A DNA stretch of 64,000 nucleotides. It comes from an uncultured candidatus Porisulfidus sp. Lineage in GTDB: Bacteria > Pseudomonadota > Gammaproteobacteria > Poriferisulfidales > Oxydemutatoraceae. The position numbers and the translations under genes are program-made. The stretch spans positions 1,376,001 to 1,440,000 of the forward strand of contig OZ244052.1 in NCBI GenBank assembly GCA_965215125.1, written 5' to 3'. The notes beneath the pieces are model-generated. The model saw only the letters and a program-made list of their open reading frames with translations. It was not told the DNA's origin and did not search any database. Positions 39,960-51,279 of the stretch are shown piece by piece. Every line of letters begins with the position of its first letter. Within the stretch, counting starts at the first letter, position 1.

Positions 39960-41172
39960 TGACGTTCTCCCTAAATTTATTACCAATGTTAAAGTCGGTT
40001 TTTCCGATAAACTAGAGAAGTTAAAAACATTACAGGAGAACTTAACATGAAGAGAAAACGTTTTAGTGAAGAACAAATCATTAAGGCATTAAAGTCAAAT
40101 CAAGCCGGCATGAAAGTAGTCGATATCTGTCGTGATCTAGGCATCGCCGAACAGACATTTTATCGCTGGCGCAGCAAGTATAATGGCATGGAAGTGGCAG
40201 AAGCTAAACGCCTGCGAGAGCTTGAAGCCGATAATAGCAAGCTCAAGAAGCTATTGGCTGAATCGGTGATGCAGTGTGAAACACTCAAGGAGGTATTATC
40301 AAAAAAGTGGTAAAGCCGGCGCAACGCAAGCAGATTGTCAAAGATCTAGTGAGCGCGGGTCGGCATAGTGAACGCACTGCGTGTGCCCTTGCCAGTATTA
40401 GTCGCACTGCATATCGCTATCAGGGCAACCAAGCCGATAAAGATCGTCAACTGGAAGTTGCGTTATTGGAGAAGGCAAAGTAGTATCCACATTATGGCTA
40501 TAAGATGTTGCATGCGCTTTTGAAGAGCGAAGGCCGGGTCGTCAATGTGAAGCGTACCTATAGGCTTTATAAGAAGCTCAGGCTTGAATTGAGAACCAAG
40601 AAGTGCAAGAAGCTGTGTCATCCGCGTAGCGTGCCGAAAACACCGGCTAGGGTGAATGAGTGCTGGTCAATGGACTTTGTGCATGACCAGTTCAACGACG
40701 GCAGATGCTTTCGGGTACTGAACATAGTAGATAACTTCAGCCGTGAATGTGTCGGACAGATTGTTGATGTTTCGATTACCGGTCAACGCATAGCAAATTA
40801 TCTATCCGAATTGATAGAACGGCTCGGCGTAAAGCCGGCACGCATCGTCTGCGACAATGGCACCGAGTTTAGATGCAAGGCGATGTTCCACTGGAGCCGA
40901 GACCGGCAGGTGGAATTGGACTTTATCCAACCCGGCAAACCGACCCAGAATGCCTTTGTAGAAAGTTTCAACGGCAAGTTCCGAGACGGTTGTCTGAACC
41001 AGTTCTGGTTTCGTTCAATAAAAGAGGCGAGAGAGATTATAGAAGCCTGGCGAATAGATTATAATGAAGTGCGTCCGCACAGCGCATTGGGTTATCAACC
41101 TCCGAGTGTATTTGCGGAGGCTATAGCATGAAAACTAACTTTGTAGATGGTAATAAAAATGGGGTAACGTCA
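39960..41172 (+). mobile_element. IS3-family element (inactive)
   Basis: TG...CA TIRs TGACGTTCTCCCTAAATTTATTACCA / TGGTAATAAAAATGGGGTAACGTCA; no TSD. Confidence 0.9.
40047..41131 (+). pseudogene. IS3 OrfAB transposase with A6G frameshift site and premature stop
   Basis: OrfA 40047-40313; AAAAAAG at 40301; in-frame TAG at 40481-40483; WSMDF, DNGTEF, ESFNGK. Confidence 0.85.
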
Positions 41173-42132
41173 CACGAAATCCGTGTAAGAAACGATTGGA
41201 AACGGCAGGAAATAACGGCTTTGATGGCAATGCCGTTCAACGATCTTTTATTCAAGGCGCAAAGTATTCACAGGCAATTTCACGACCCGCAAAAAATACA
41301 GATCAGCACTTTGTTATCGATTAAAACAGGAGGATGTCCGGAAGATTGCGCATATTGTCCGCAAAGTATCCGCCACGATACCGGCTTGAGTCCCGAGCGT
41401 TTGTTGGATACCGCAGAAGTGCTCGAGGCGGCGAAGCGCGCTAAAGAAAGCGGTGCAGATAGATTCTGCATGGGGGCTGCATGGCGATCTCCAACCGATA
41501 GAAATCTAGAGCGTGTCGCAGAAATGGTGGAAGCGGTCAAAGCTATGAATTTGGAGACTTGTGCGACATTGGGCATGTTGAGCGAATCACAAACTCGTAG
41601 ATTAGCAAGCGCGGGTCTTGATTATTACAATCATAATTTGGACACCTCGCCGGAATTTTACGGCAACATTATTACGACACGCACCTATGAGGAACGGCTT
41701 AAGACGCTAGATCGTGTAAAAGCGGCAGGTATAAAAGTGTGTTGCGGCGGCATACTCGGTATGGGTGAATCTCGCGCCGAACGCGTCGGGTTGCTTTGTC
41801 AACTGGCAAACCTTGAAACGCATCCCGAATCGGTACCGATTAATCTATTGGTGCAGGTGAAAGGCACACCGCTCTATGGTACGGAAGCCTTGGATAGTTT
41901 AGAGTTTGTGCGCACTATCGCAACTGCGCGTATCGTAATGCCTAAGTCGTGGTTGCGGCTCTCTGCGGGTCGTGAATTCATGTCCGAAGAAATGCAGGCT
42001 TTGTGTTTCTTTGCCGGAGCAAACTCTGTTTTTTACGGAGAAAAATTATTGACTACCGCCAATCCCAAGGCGGAAAGTGATATGGATTTATTCAAACGGC
42101 TTGATTTGCAGACAATTTCCGCACACGGATAA
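41128..42132 (+). CDS. bioB: Biotin synthase (first 15 codons lie inside IS3)
   Basis: [30 protein letters not shown]. Confidence 0.95.
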   Translation: MKTNFVDGNKNGVTSHEIRVRNDWKRQEITALMAMPFNDLLFKAQSIHRQFHDPQKIQISTLLSIKTGGCPEDCAYCPQSIRHDTGLSPERLLDTAEVLEAAKRAKESGADRFCMGAAWRSPTDRNLERVAEMVEAVKAMNLETCATLGMLSESQTRRLASAGLDYYNHNLDTSPEFYGNIITTRTYEERLKTLDRVKAAGIKVCCGGILGMGESRAERVGLLCQLANLETHPESVPINLLVQVKGTPLYGTEALDSLEFVRTIATARIVMPKSWLRLSAGREFMSEEMQALCFFAGANSVFYGEKLLTTANPKAESDMDLFKRLDLQTISAHG

Positions 42133-42156
42133 GTCATTCTACAACCGCGATACTCG

Positions 42157-43344
42157 TTGAAAAATCTACATTCTATTATTGCCCATCAACATAATCACAA
42201 TCTTTACCGCAAAAGGCATGTCGGTTTGGGGTGTAAGGGGGCTTTACGCGTATGGAACGGGCAAGAGGTCTTATCTTTCTCGAGCAATGACTATTTGGGG
42301 CTTGCAAGTGATCCCTATGTTGTGAATGCTTGTATGGAGGGTGCGCGTCTATACGGAACCGGTGCCGGTGCCTCTTGTTTGGTTGACGGCTATACAAAGG
42401 CACATCAAATACTTGAAGAGTCTTTGGCAAAATTTGTCTCTAGAGAGCGGGCGTTGGTATTTTCCGGCGGTTATATGGCTAATTTGGGCATATTGACAAC
42501 ATTGGCGGATAGGCATACCGCAATTTACGAAGATAAATTAAATCATGCATCGCTTGTCGATGCTGCTTTACTGTCGCGCGCAAACTTATGCCGTTATGAA
42601 CACGGCAATGTCGAATCTCTGCGCCGAAGCCTAAAACAGGAGAAAAAAGACGCGATTGTCGTTAGCGATGCCGTGTTTAGCATGGGTGGGGATATTGCGC
42701 CATTGACCGAGTTATCCGATATGTGTGCCGAACACTCCGCAACTTTGGTTGTGGATGACGCGCACGGCTTCGGTGTGTTGGGTGCTTCGGGAAGCGGTAG
42801 CCTTGAACACTTCGGGTTGAACCAACAACAAGTGCCGGTGGTGATGGCAACTTTGGGCAAAGCCTTGGGGGCTTTCGGAGCCTTCGTTGCCGGTAGTGAT
42901 GATTTAATAGAGGCTTTGATACAAAAGGCACGTACCTATATCTACACAACCGCATTGCCACCCCCGGTTGTTTGTGCTGCACAAGCGAGCTTGGAAATTA
43001 TCCAAACCGACGATACCTGTCGCAACACATTGCATCGGAATATCAATTTATTTAGAAATATGGCGGCCGAATATGAAATTCCTTGCTTGGATTCAACTAC
43101 TGCGATTCAAGGCATCGTCGTCGGAGACGCTAAATCGGCAATGGATTTAAGCGATGCTCTACTCAAGGAGGGTTTGTTGGTTGTTGCGATACGCCCGCCC
43201 ACCGTGCCGGATGGGACAGCTCGTCTTAGAATTATGCTATCTGCGGCGCATCGACAAGCCGATATTGAGCACCTCGTTAAAAGCATAGCCGGACTATTTC
43301 ATAAACCGACATCGCATCATCGCGATAATGCCTCTTGTCTATAG
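42157..43344 (+). CDS. bioF: 8-amino-7-oxononanoate synthase
   Basis: SSNDYLGL, NHASL, DDAHG, TLGKA, IRPPTVP. Confidence 0.94.
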   Translation: MKNLHSIIAHQHNHNLYRKRHVGLGCKGALRVWNGQEVLSFSSNDYLGLASDPYVVNACMEGARLYGTGAGASCLVDGYTKAHQILEESLAKFVSRERALVFSGGYMANLGILTTLADRHTAIYEDKLNHASLVDAALLSRANLCRYEHGNVESLRRSLKQEKKDAIVVSDAVFSMGGDIAPLTELSDMCAEHSATLVVDDAHGFGVLGASGSGSLEHFGLNQQQVPVVMATLGKALGAFGAFVAGSDDLIEALIQKARTYIYTTALPPPVVCAAQASLEIIQTDDTCRNTLHRNINLFRNMAAEYEIPCLDSTTAIQGIVVGDAKSAMDLSDALLKEGLLVVAIRPPTVPDGTARLRIMLSAAHRQADIEHLVKSIAGLFHKPTSHHRDNASCL

Positions 43345-43387
43345 CTTCGGATTCGGCTATGATACGCATTTAATTCTAAATCTTATG

Positions 43388-43591
43388 ATGAAAGCAGATA
43401 TACACCCCGAATATAAATATGTCGATGTGACTTGTAGTTGCGGCTGTAAGTATAAGGTTCGTTCGACTTATCCGGAAAAACAGATGACGGTTGAGGTTTG
43501 TGCAGCCTGCCATCCCTTTTATACAGGCAAGCAGAAAATTTTAGAAAGTGCCGGTCAAGTTGACAAATTCCGCAAGCGTTATAATCGTTAA
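43388..43591 (+). CDS. rpmE: 50S ribosomal protein L31 (Zn-binding type)
   Basis: MKADIHPEY, CSCG, CAACHPFYTGKQ. Confidence 0.95.
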   Translation: MKADIHPEYKYVDVTCSCGCKYKVRSTYPEKQMTVEVCAACHPFYTGKQKILESAGQVDKFRKRYNR

Positions 43592-44378
43592 TGTATCGCG
43601 TCGCTTAAGCTACGCTTTATTTTTCTCCCTCTTTATTTTAAGTTTTTCCGTCGCATCCGGTGCCGAAAAGGATTCGTGTACATTGCAAACACCGAATCAT
43701 CGGGTATCGGTGCGCTTTGTCAACGACGGCGACACCTTGACCTTAAACGATGATAAACGCATACGAATTATCGGCATTAACGCACCGGAGATCGGCTATA
43801 AAGATAAACCCGATCAACCTTTAGCCGTTCGCGCTAGAGAACGGCTGCGCGCATACCTACATAACGATCACGCATTCATCGTTTACGATGAAGATCGTTA
43901 TGATAAATACGGCCGGGTGTTGGCTCATGTCTTTGACGAGCAAGGCAATAATGTGGCCGCAGAGCTCATCCGAGCGGGCCTGGGTTTTGCAATCAGTATT
44001 CCTCCTAATTTACGCTATCGCGATTGCTATCGCAATGCCGAACAGCGTGCTCGGCGCACCGAGCAGGGTGTTTGGGCAGAACCTTATTTCACCCCGATCG
44101 CAGCCGACAAATTAAAATATAGCGGCTTTAACCGAGTATCGGGTTGTATACAAAGGGTCAGGAAATACCGCGATAAAAAATATCTTTATTTGTCAGACCG
44201 TTTTCGTTTTTTGATACCGCAACAAAATGAAATTTATTTTGAGACCGAGGCAACGCCGATAATTTTTGAAAAAGGTCTTTGTTTGATAGTAACAGGCTGG
44301 GTTTATAACCAACATTCGTATAGAACGATGAAGCTGTTGCATCCCGATTCGGCATACATTTATACGCCGAACATTTGA
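43548..44378 (+). CDS. Thermonuclease (SNase) family protein; start uncertain
   Basis: DGDT, RIIGINAPE, DKYGRVLA, signal peptide. Confidence 0.85.
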   Translation: MPVKLTNSASVIIVNVSRRLSYALFFSLFILSFSVASGAEKDSCTLQTPNHRVSVRFVNDGDTLTLNDDKRIRIIGINAPEIGYKDKPDQPLAVRARERLRAYLHNDHAFIVYDEDRYDKYGRVLAHVFDEQGNNVAAELIRAGLGFAISIPPNLRYRDCYRNAEQRARRTEQGVWAEPYFTPIAADKLKYSGFNRVSGCIQRVRKYRDKKYLYLSDRFRFLIPQQNEIYFETEATPIIFEKGLCLIVTGWVYNQHSYRTMKLLHPDSAYIYTPNI

Positions 44379-44383
44379 AGCCG

Positions 44384-45289
44384 ATGAATAGCGATACACA
44401 ACTCTATCTGATTGATGCAAGTATTTATGTATTTCGGTCTTGGTTTGCACTGTCCGACACCGTTTGCAACACCGAAGGGCAACCCGCCAATGCAGTGTAC
44501 GGTTTTTGCGACTTTGTGCTAAAACTGCTGAATCAAGTAAAACCTACACATATAGTCTTTGCTTTTGACGAGAGCTTGGATACCTCGTATAGAAACGATA
44601 TTTATCCGCCTTATAAAGCGAACCGAGCCCCCGCTCCCGAAGAATTAAAAAGTCAGTTTGCACAGTGTAGAGAATTTCTAGCTGCTACCGGACTTAGCGA
44701 AATTGCATCAAACTACTATGAAGCCGATGATTTAATCGGCACTTTGGCTCATCGAGCGCATCAACGAGGACAGTCGGTAGTCATTGTCAGCAGAGATAAA
44801 GATTTAACACAGCTGTTGGAGGGTGATGATATATGGTGGGATTACAGTCAGGATCTTAAATTAGGTTGTCAAGGGGTATTTGATAAGTTCGGGGTGTTGC
44901 CGGAACAAATCCCCGACATGCTGGCGATTGCCGGGGATCCCGTAGACAATATACCGGGTGTACCGGGGATAGGACCTAAAACAGCGACAGAATTAATCCG
45001 CCATTTTAATTCTATTGATCGGTTATTGTCCGAGGTAGGGCGTATCTCCGATGTTGGCATTCGCGGGGGGCAGCGTATTGAAGGTTTGGTAAGAGAGTAT
45101 AGAGAGACTATAAAATTATCACACCGCTTGGCTACAATTTGTAGGGATGTTTCATTGCCCGAAGCCTTTAATACGCAGCCTAGCGAAGCCGACACCGATC
45201 GACTGGAGGCACTATTCACATTATTGGGTTTCGGTGTATATCGCAAGCGACAATGGACTGATTGTTTAGCAACATTGTTGGCTGTCTAA
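44384..45289 (+). CDS. 5'-3' exonuclease / flap endonuclease (Xni-like)
   Basis: YKANR, EADDLIG, DKD, GD..DNIPGV.GIG.KTA. Confidence 0.9.
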   Translation: MNSDTQLYLIDASIYVFRSWFALSDTVCNTEGQPANAVYGFCDFVLKLLNQVKPTHIVFAFDESLDTSYRNDIYPPYKANRAPAPEELKSQFAQCREFLAATGLSEIASNYYEADDLIGTLAHRAHQRGQSVVIVSRDKDLTQLLEGDDIWWDYSQDLKLGCQGVFDKFGVLPEQIPDMLAIAGDPVDNIPGVPGIGPKTATELIRHFNSIDRLLSEVGRISDVGIRGGQRIEGLVREYRETIKLSHRLATICRDVSLPEAFNTQPSEADTDRLEALFTLLGFGVYRKRQWTDCLATLLAV

Positions 45290-45303
45290 GCGTAATAAAT
45301 AAA

Positions 45304-45377
45304 TGGGCCCGGCAGGATTCGAACCTGCGACCTAAGGATTATGAGTCCCCCGCTCTGACCGACTGAGCTACAGGCCC
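45304..45377 (-). tRNA. tRNA-Ile2(CAT), CCA not encoded
   Basis: GGGCCTGTAGCTCAGTCGG...CTCATAA...TTCGAATCC; Ile2 rather than Met inferred from the position after rpoD, as for ileX. Confidence 0.85.
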
Positions 45378-45444
45378 TTGGATATAGGCTAAATGATAAA
45401 ACTGTCTTTGCGTTATCGCAATAGCAAATTGTTTAATATGGTTC

Positions 45445-47232
45445 TCAATCGGAGTCCAGAAAACTACGAAGCAACGCCGCTTTAGAAGGTTGGCGCAATT
45501 TTTTCAGTGCTTTCGCTTCTATTTGGCGTATTCTTTCGCGTGTAACGTCAAACTGTTTCCCTACTTCCTCTAAGGTGTGGTCGGTGTTCATGTTGATACC
45601 GAACCGCATTCTCAAAACTTGCGCTTCTCTGGGGGTGAGCCCGGTCAACAAGCCTTCCATAGCGTTTTTTAAGGCATCACTGTATGCGTTTTCGTCCGGC
45701 AATTTTATATTTTCATCGTTGATAAATTGTTCAAGCTGAGAGTCATTATCATCACCCACAGGTGTTTCTAAAGAAATCGGTTCTTTGGTTACCTTAATTA
45801 CCTTGCGCACTTTATCCTCGGGCATACTCAATGCTTCTGCCAGTTCGTGAGGTTTGGGTTCTCGTCCGAGTTCTTGAATAAGTTTGCGGGTTGTACGATT
45901 AAATTTGTTAATCGTTTCTATCATATGTACCGGAATACGTATAGTACGTGCTTGATCGGCTATCGAACGCGTAATCGCTTGACGTATCCACCAAGTGGCG
46001 TATGTCGAGAATTTATAGCCGCGACGATATTCGAATTTATCAACAGCCTTCATTAAGCCGATATTACCCTCTTGTATGAGATCCAGAAAATGTAATCCGC
46101 GATTCGTATATTTTTTGGCGATAGAAATGACCAATCGTAGGTTAGCCTCTATCATTTCTTTTTTAGCACGCCGTGCTTTTGTTTCTGCGGAACCGACAGC
46201 GAGATTGATTTTCTTGATTTCGGCGATAGAAAGGCCGGTGTCTTCTTCGATTTGAATCATTTTGTTCTGCCCTCTCAATATTTCGTCTTTATAAGGGCGC
46301 AAAGATTTACCGTATTTTGATCGTAATAGATTCAGACCTAGGGTATAACCGATTTTATCTTCTTTAGTACGTTCTATGAAGTATTTTTTGGGTATCTTTG
46401 CCTTTTTGACGCAAATATCGAATAGCACGCGCTCTGTCGTATTGATACGCTTATTATAAGATTTTAATTCTTGGTTTAGAGCTTCGTTGACAAAGGGAGT
46501 AAGATTGAGTTCCAACAACAACCCTGACATTCTCTGACATAATCTAGAGTACGCTTGGGGGGAACTGCGTACCGATTTCAGTCTAGATCGTCTATAAAGT
46601 CTTTTTAAGAATGCCAGATGTTGTTCTAAATCTTCGGTGTCAATTTCCTCTTCTTGGAAGTCGGGATCCATCATTTCCATACTATCCATTTTTTTGGTCT
46701 CTTCTACCGAAATCTCGCATTCTTCCCAAAAACCGTTCGCTATTTGCTCTCTAATATCACCATTTTTATATTTTTCATAGATATCCAATAATACAGCGAT
46801 TGCCGGTGGGAAAGTTCCCAGTACCGAGCGTACCTTGTCCATGCCTTCTTCGATACGCTTGGCGATTTCCACTTCTCCTTCACGGTTCAGCAAATTGACT
46901 GCCCCCATTTCACGCATATACATACGAGTAGGATCGGTTGTTCCTCTTAATTCGTGATTGGTATGCGTCAATGCTCTGGTGACTTCTTCGGCAGGCATTT
47001 CAACTATTTCATCGTTGTTGAGCAATAATTCGTCTTCGGAGGGTAACTTTTCGACTATCCTGACACCGGCTTCGTTGAGTACCGATATGATATCTTCAAT
47101 TTGCTCCGCTTCAACGATATCGTTGGGTAGATGATCGCTGAGTTCGGCACAACTTAAGAAACCGCGTTCCTTGCCTTTAGTAATAATCTCTTTATTTAAC
47201 TTAAATTGTTTGGTTTTGGATGATTTTGTCAT
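45445..47232 (-). CDS. rpoD: RNA polymerase sigma factor RpoD
   Basis: [46 protein letters not shown]. Confidence 0.97.
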   Translation of the reverse strand: MTKSSKTKQFKLNKEIITKGKERGFLSCAELSDHLPNDIVEAEQIEDIISVLNEAGVRIVEKLPSEDELLLNNDEIVEMPAEEVTRALTHTNHELRGTTDPTRMYMREMGAVNLLNREGEVEIAKRIEEGMDKVRSVLGTFPPAIAVLLDIYEKYKNGDIREQIANGFWEECEISVEETKKMDSMEMMDPDFQEEEIDTEDLEQHLAFLKRLYRRSRLKSVRSSPQAYSRLCQRMSGLLLELNLTPFVNEALNQELKSYNKRINTTERVLFDICVKKAKIPKKYFIERTKEDKIGYTLGLNLLRSKYGKSLRPYKDEILRGQNKMIQIEEDTGLSIAEIKKINLAVGSAETKARRAKKEMIEANLRLVISIAKKYTNRGLHFLDLIQEGNIGLMKAVDKFEYRRGYKFSTYATWWIRQAITRSIADQARTIRIPVHMIETINKFNRTTRKLIQELGREPKPHELAEALSMPEDKVRKVIKVTKEPISLETPVGDDNDSQLEQFINDENIKLPDENAYSDALKNAMEGLLTGLTPREAQVLRMRFGINMNTDHTLEEVGKQFDVTRERIRQIEAKALKKLRQPSKAALLRSFLDSD

Positions 47233-47324
47233 AATTCCCTCGCATTAAATTGAGAGACGGATTATACCACGAAACTATAATCAAATGACGCACCGTTTAA
47301 GATTAGCATAAGTATCACACTGGT

Positions 47325-47645
47325 ACATTCCCCTCCTGTGGAGGGGTGGCAGGCTTTGCCTGACGGGGTGGTTACCGGGGGCTGTTGAAAAAGTATTTCA
47401 TACAATGTAGGGGCGGACTTGCATCCGCCCGTAACGCGTTACATCTGCACGATTTATACATTCATTCACTCGATTTATGGAAACCAAAACCATACGGCGC
47501 AAGCGGTTGGTGTCGTGCAGAACGGTACTTAAGGGCAGACACACAGGTCTGCCCCTACGGCTTGGTGGTTATTATAAATTCACGGCGCAAAGCGATTGGG
47601 TTCTTGCAAAACAGGACTTTTTCAACAGCCCCGCCGTGTCTGCAC
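47325..47645. mobile_element. Module A unit plus MITE-like module D (47379-47631) holding an inverted GTAG-REP doublet
   Basis: Perfect 16-bp TIR; REPs at 47407-47430 and 47533-47558; TSD only imperfect. Confidence 0.78.
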
Positions 47646-47680
47646 AAGTACAGTCTCGGTATGCGTCACCCAATTATGTA

Positions 47681-48472
47681 TCAGTTCAGTAATAAATAAC
47701 CCCCCCAACAGACTAATAGAATACCGGCAATATTTCGAAGCAATGTGCTTTGTGGAAAAATTTTCTCACACAATACAAATATAGATAGTATAGCCATCCA
47801 TAAGATATTCATTGCGCCTACCGAAAACATAATTGCCATCAATGCCCAGCAACAACCGACGCAGAACAAACCATAATGCCACCCCATATAAATAGCCCCC
47901 CGGTGTCCTTCGCGCCATCGTTCTATGAAAAAGCCGAGTGGCGATCTGCACTGCCTAAGGCAGGCTTCTTTAAGTGGAGTCCATTGATAAATACCGGCGA
48001 GTACCAAAATACCACCACTCAATAGTGGATTGTTCGTTTTCATCGCACTATCCAGCACCCCTGCCATTGATAAACCCGATTGAGTTAACGCAAACAATAG
48101 GCTACATGTAATCCATGCGGTTAGATAAGCCATAACAAAGATATAAGTTTTCACATAAGGTTGTGCATGCGCCTTTTTGCGTTGATTAAATGCAGCGAAT
48201 ATCGTTGTCGCCGGCAATATGCCGGGTAGCATCATTGCAGTCATCATCACCGACCACATTAGGAATAAAATCAAAAAATCATATAGAGTCAATCTATACC
48301 CGAAGTCGCTTTGCGGCATGCTCATCATGGACATGTCCATTCGGCTATGTTGCTCTGCCATGTTTAGCAAATAAAGCCACGATACGAGCATCACAGCGAT
48401 GACTCCTATATAAACTATACTTTTATCTTTGTGGCTGAGCGATGTCAAAGTGTTATGTGTTTGAAGGTGCAT
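47681..48472 (-). CDS. DUF2182 membrane protein
   Basis: MWSVMMTAMMLP, YQWTPLK..CL..CR.P, GLFCVGCCWALM. Confidence 0.88.
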   Translation of the reverse strand: MHLQTHNTLTSLSHKDKSIVYIGVIAVMLVSWLYLLNMAEQHSRMDMSMMSMPQSDFGYRLTLYDFLILFLMWSVMMTAMMLPGILPATTIFAAFNQRKKAHAQPYVKTYIFVMAYLTAWITCSLLFALTQSGLSMAGVLDSAMKTNNPLLSGGILVLAGIYQWTPLKEACLRQCRSPLGFFIERWREGHRGAIYMGWHYGLFCVGCCWALMAIMFSVGAMNILWMAILSIFVLCEKIFPQSTLLRNIAGILLVCWGGYLLLN

Positions 48473-48574
48473 TGTCTTTTAATCCGTTTATGGTCATGGG
48501 ATGGCATCGGTACCTTAAATTATAGATTACAATAATCTCTCAGCAAATAATGATTATACAAAATTGACGGTTCA

Positions 48575-49897
48575 ATGAAACATTCCGAAGCATTATATCG
48601 GCGCGCATGTTTGTCTATCCCCGGAGGAGTCAATTCTCCGGTTCGGGCATTCAAAGCGGTTGGCGGCACGCCACCCTTTATCAAAAAAGCCGAGGGTGCG
48701 AACCTCTACGACGAGGACGGTAATCGTTATATAGATTATGTGGGTTCATGGGGGGCTATGATTATGGGGCATGCCCATCCCGAGGTGCTTGCGACAGTGA
48801 CACAGGCAGCATCAAACGGATTAGGGTTCGGTGCCTCAACCGAAATTGAAACTCGATTGGCGGAAAAAATCAAAATACATCTTCCCTCTATAGACTTGCT
48901 ACGCTTAGTTAATTCAGGCAGCGAAGCTGTTATGAGTGCTATACGCTTGGCGCGTGGTTATACCGGGCGTGATCGGGTCGTCAAGTTTGACGGTTGTTAT
49001 CACGGGCATAGCGATGCGATGTTAGTCGGTGCCGGTTCGGGCTCTTTGACTTTAGGTGTTCCGAACTCGTCCGGGGTGCCTGTAGGATTCGCATCGTTGA
49101 CTACGACGATACACTACAACGATGTGGAGCAGGTTCAATCGGTGTTTGAGCAAATAGGAGAACAAATTGCTGCTGTTATCGTTGAGCCTGTTGCCGGCAA
49201 TATGAATTTCGTACCGGGGAATGCCGAGTTTCTAAAAACCCTGCGTCGATGCTGTGATCAATACGGTGCATTACTTATTTTTGACGAGGTCATGAGTGGC
49301 TTTAGGGTTTCAATCGGAGGGGCGCAAGCCGTTTATCAAATTAAGCCCGATTTAACCGTGTTAGGAAAAATTATAGGTGGTGGAATGCCGGTAGGGGCTT
49401 TCGGAGGTGCCGGAGAGATTATGGAACATATTGCTCCACTCGGTTCGGTTTATCAGGCCGGCACCTTATCGGGTAATCCGGTGGCTGTTGCCGCCGGCTT
49501 AAAGACTCTAGAGTTGCTTTGTAGCGATGGTCTCTTTGAGCGTATAGAACAAACCACGCAAGCGTTGAGACGAGGTTTATCGGATTGTGCCGCCGAAGTA
49601 GGGTTGGACTGTTATAGCGACTCTATGGGGGCTATGTTCGGTTTTTTTTTAGGGGTGGCGCAGAAAGTAGAAAATTTAAGCCAAGTGCGTTATTGCGCAA
49701 CGGGTGATAACGGAGAATCGTTTAAGCGTTTTTTCCATGCTATGCTTGATGCCGGAGTTTATTTGCCGCCGTCACCATACGAGGCATGCTTTGTTTCGGT
49801 AGCACACGATGCGGAGGTTTTAGAACAGACTCTAAAAGCCGCCAAGCAAGCATTCCTCTCCGAAAAGGGGAAGACCACCCCGTCGGGCGAAGCCTGA
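48575..49897 (+). CDS. hemL: Glutamate-1-semialdehyde aminotransferase
   Basis: IPGGVNSPVRAF, FDGCYHGH, GKIIGGG.P, QAGTLSGNP. Confidence 0.97.
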   Translation: MKHSEALYRRACLSIPGGVNSPVRAFKAVGGTPPFIKKAEGANLYDEDGNRYIDYVGSWGAMIMGHAHPEVLATVTQAASNGLGFGASTEIETRLAEKIKIHLPSIDLLRLVNSGSEAVMSAIRLARGYTGRDRVVKFDGCYHGHSDAMLVGAGSGSLTLGVPNSSGVPVGFASLTTTIHYNDVEQVQSVFEQIGEQIAAVIVEPVAGNMNFVPGNAEFLKTLRRCCDQYGALLIFDEVMSGFRVSIGGAQAVYQIKPDLTVLGKIIGGGMPVGAFGGAGEIMEHIAPLGSVYQAGTLSGNPVAVAAGLKTLELLCSDGLFERIEQTTQALRRGLSDCAAEVGLDCYSDSMGAMFGFFLGVAQKVENLSQVRYCATGDNGESFKRFFHAMLDAGVYLPPSPYEACFVSVAHDAEVLEQTLKAAKQAFLSEKGKTTPSGEA

Positions 49898-49936
49898 CGA
49901 GGTGGTTACAACGCGCCAGACTTCGGCGATAGATGC

Positions 49937-50137
49937 CTAAGGTTTTGATCCAACTTCCTGATGTGCATCCGCCACTATCTCCATCGCGATTTTCATATAA
50001 TTTTCGCTATAACCATGAAGCTCGGATTGCTCATCGGGGGAAAAATACTCCTGCATTGAGACACCTGTATTCTGCTCTTTTTCAATGAACTTTTTTTGCA
50101 TTTCTATCAACTGCTTGATTTTTTCTTGCTTGGTCAT
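49937..50137 (-). CDS. Small hypothetical protein
   Basis: 66-aa ORF with SD (AGGT) and protein-like composition. Confidence 0.65.
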   Translation of the reverse strand: MTKQEKIKQLIEMQKKFIEKEQNTGVSMQEYFSPDEQSELHGYSENYMKIAMEIVADAHQEVGSKP

Positions 50138-50328
50138 GTCTTTTACCTATATTCTGAATTAAAATATTGAGGTGTTAATAATAACAGAAATCAGCGATAT
50201 TTTCAGAGGAATGTGCCGCAACGACATAGGCTCACGATACTTGCATCTATTGTGGCTTGTGTATAATAATCAGAACAAAATTCCTAGTTTTGGGGAAATC
50301 ATATATTGAAAAATTAAAAGAGGGCTTT

Positions 50329-51279
50329 ATGAGTAATCTAAAACTTTTCAAATTGAACAACAACAAAGCTGAAGAATTAACAGCAGTCTCTTTTGCTTTG
50401 GAGAAACCTTTGCAGACTTTGATAGAGCATAACTTGGAAGAGATATTCGGTATTAAATTTTTAGCTAAGGAATATTCTACGGGTAAAGAACATAGAGGAC
50501 GTATCGACACACTCGGCATAGACGAGGATAATTGTCCCGTGATTATTGAATACAAACGCTCGGAATCCGAGAATGTGATCAATCAAGGGCTCTTTTATCT
50601 TGACTGGCTGATGGATCATAAGGCTGCATTTGAACTTTTGGTTCTGAAAAAGCTCGGTAAAGATCATATCGAAGAAATAGAATGGTCGGCTCCGAGGCTT
50701 TTGTGTATTGCCAATAATTTTAAGAAATATGACGAGCATGCGGTAAAACAAATAAACCGCAATATAGAACTGATTAGATACAGAAAATTCGATGAGGATA
50801 TGCTTTTATTTGAGTTGGTTAATTCACAAACCGCAACCGGGCGCATAGAAACAGATAATAGAAAAAAGAATACGACTCAAAGGATTTTCGAGGAAGCAGA
50901 TAACAAAAGAAGTAATAGGGGACAGAAGACTTTTAGTGAGTGTTTAGAGCAGGCGGATTCAGAGTTAACGGATTTGTATCATTCTATTGACGATTTGATC
51001 TTGGATCTTGGCGATGATGTGCAGGTAAAAGAACTGAAACATTATAAGGCATACAATAGAATTAAAACCTTCGTTCGCTTGAAAATAAAACCTCAAGCTA
51101 GGCACATTCTGCTTTATTTGAGACTAGACCCTGCAAAAGAAAATTTAGAAGATGAATTGTTAAAAGATGTCGGGAGTATCGGCCACTATGGTGCCTGCGG
51201 CTTAGAATTAAAAATATCAACTACCGATGATTTTGAACAGAGAAAAGCCTTAATCATCAAGAGCTATGAAATGGTCTAG
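50329..51279 (+). CDS. NucS-like PD-(D/E)XK nuclease fused to DUF5655
   Basis: GRIDTLGID..PVIIEYK, QGLFYLDWL; C-terminal DVG..GHYG. Confidence 0.8.
   Translation: MSNLKLFKLNNNKAEELTAVSFALEKPLQTLIEHNLEEIFGIKFLAKEYSTGKEHRGRIDTLGIDEDNCPVIIEYKRSESENVINQGLFYLDWLMDHKAAFELLVLKKLGKDHIEEIEWSAPRLLCIANNFKKYDEHAVKQINRNIELIRYRKFDEDMLLFELVNSQTATGRIETDNRKKNTTQRIFEEADNKRSNRGQKTFSECLEQADSELTDLYHSIDDLILDLGDDVQVKELKHYKAYNRIKTFVRLKIKPQARHILLYLRLDPAKENLEDELLKDVGSIGHYGACGLELKISTTDDFEQRKALIIKSYEMV

Noticed and set aside
40481-40483. Recoded TAG (pyrrolysine or alternative code) in IS3 orfB
   Set aside because: TAG is used as a normal stop elsewhere in the window; a nonsense mutation is simpler.
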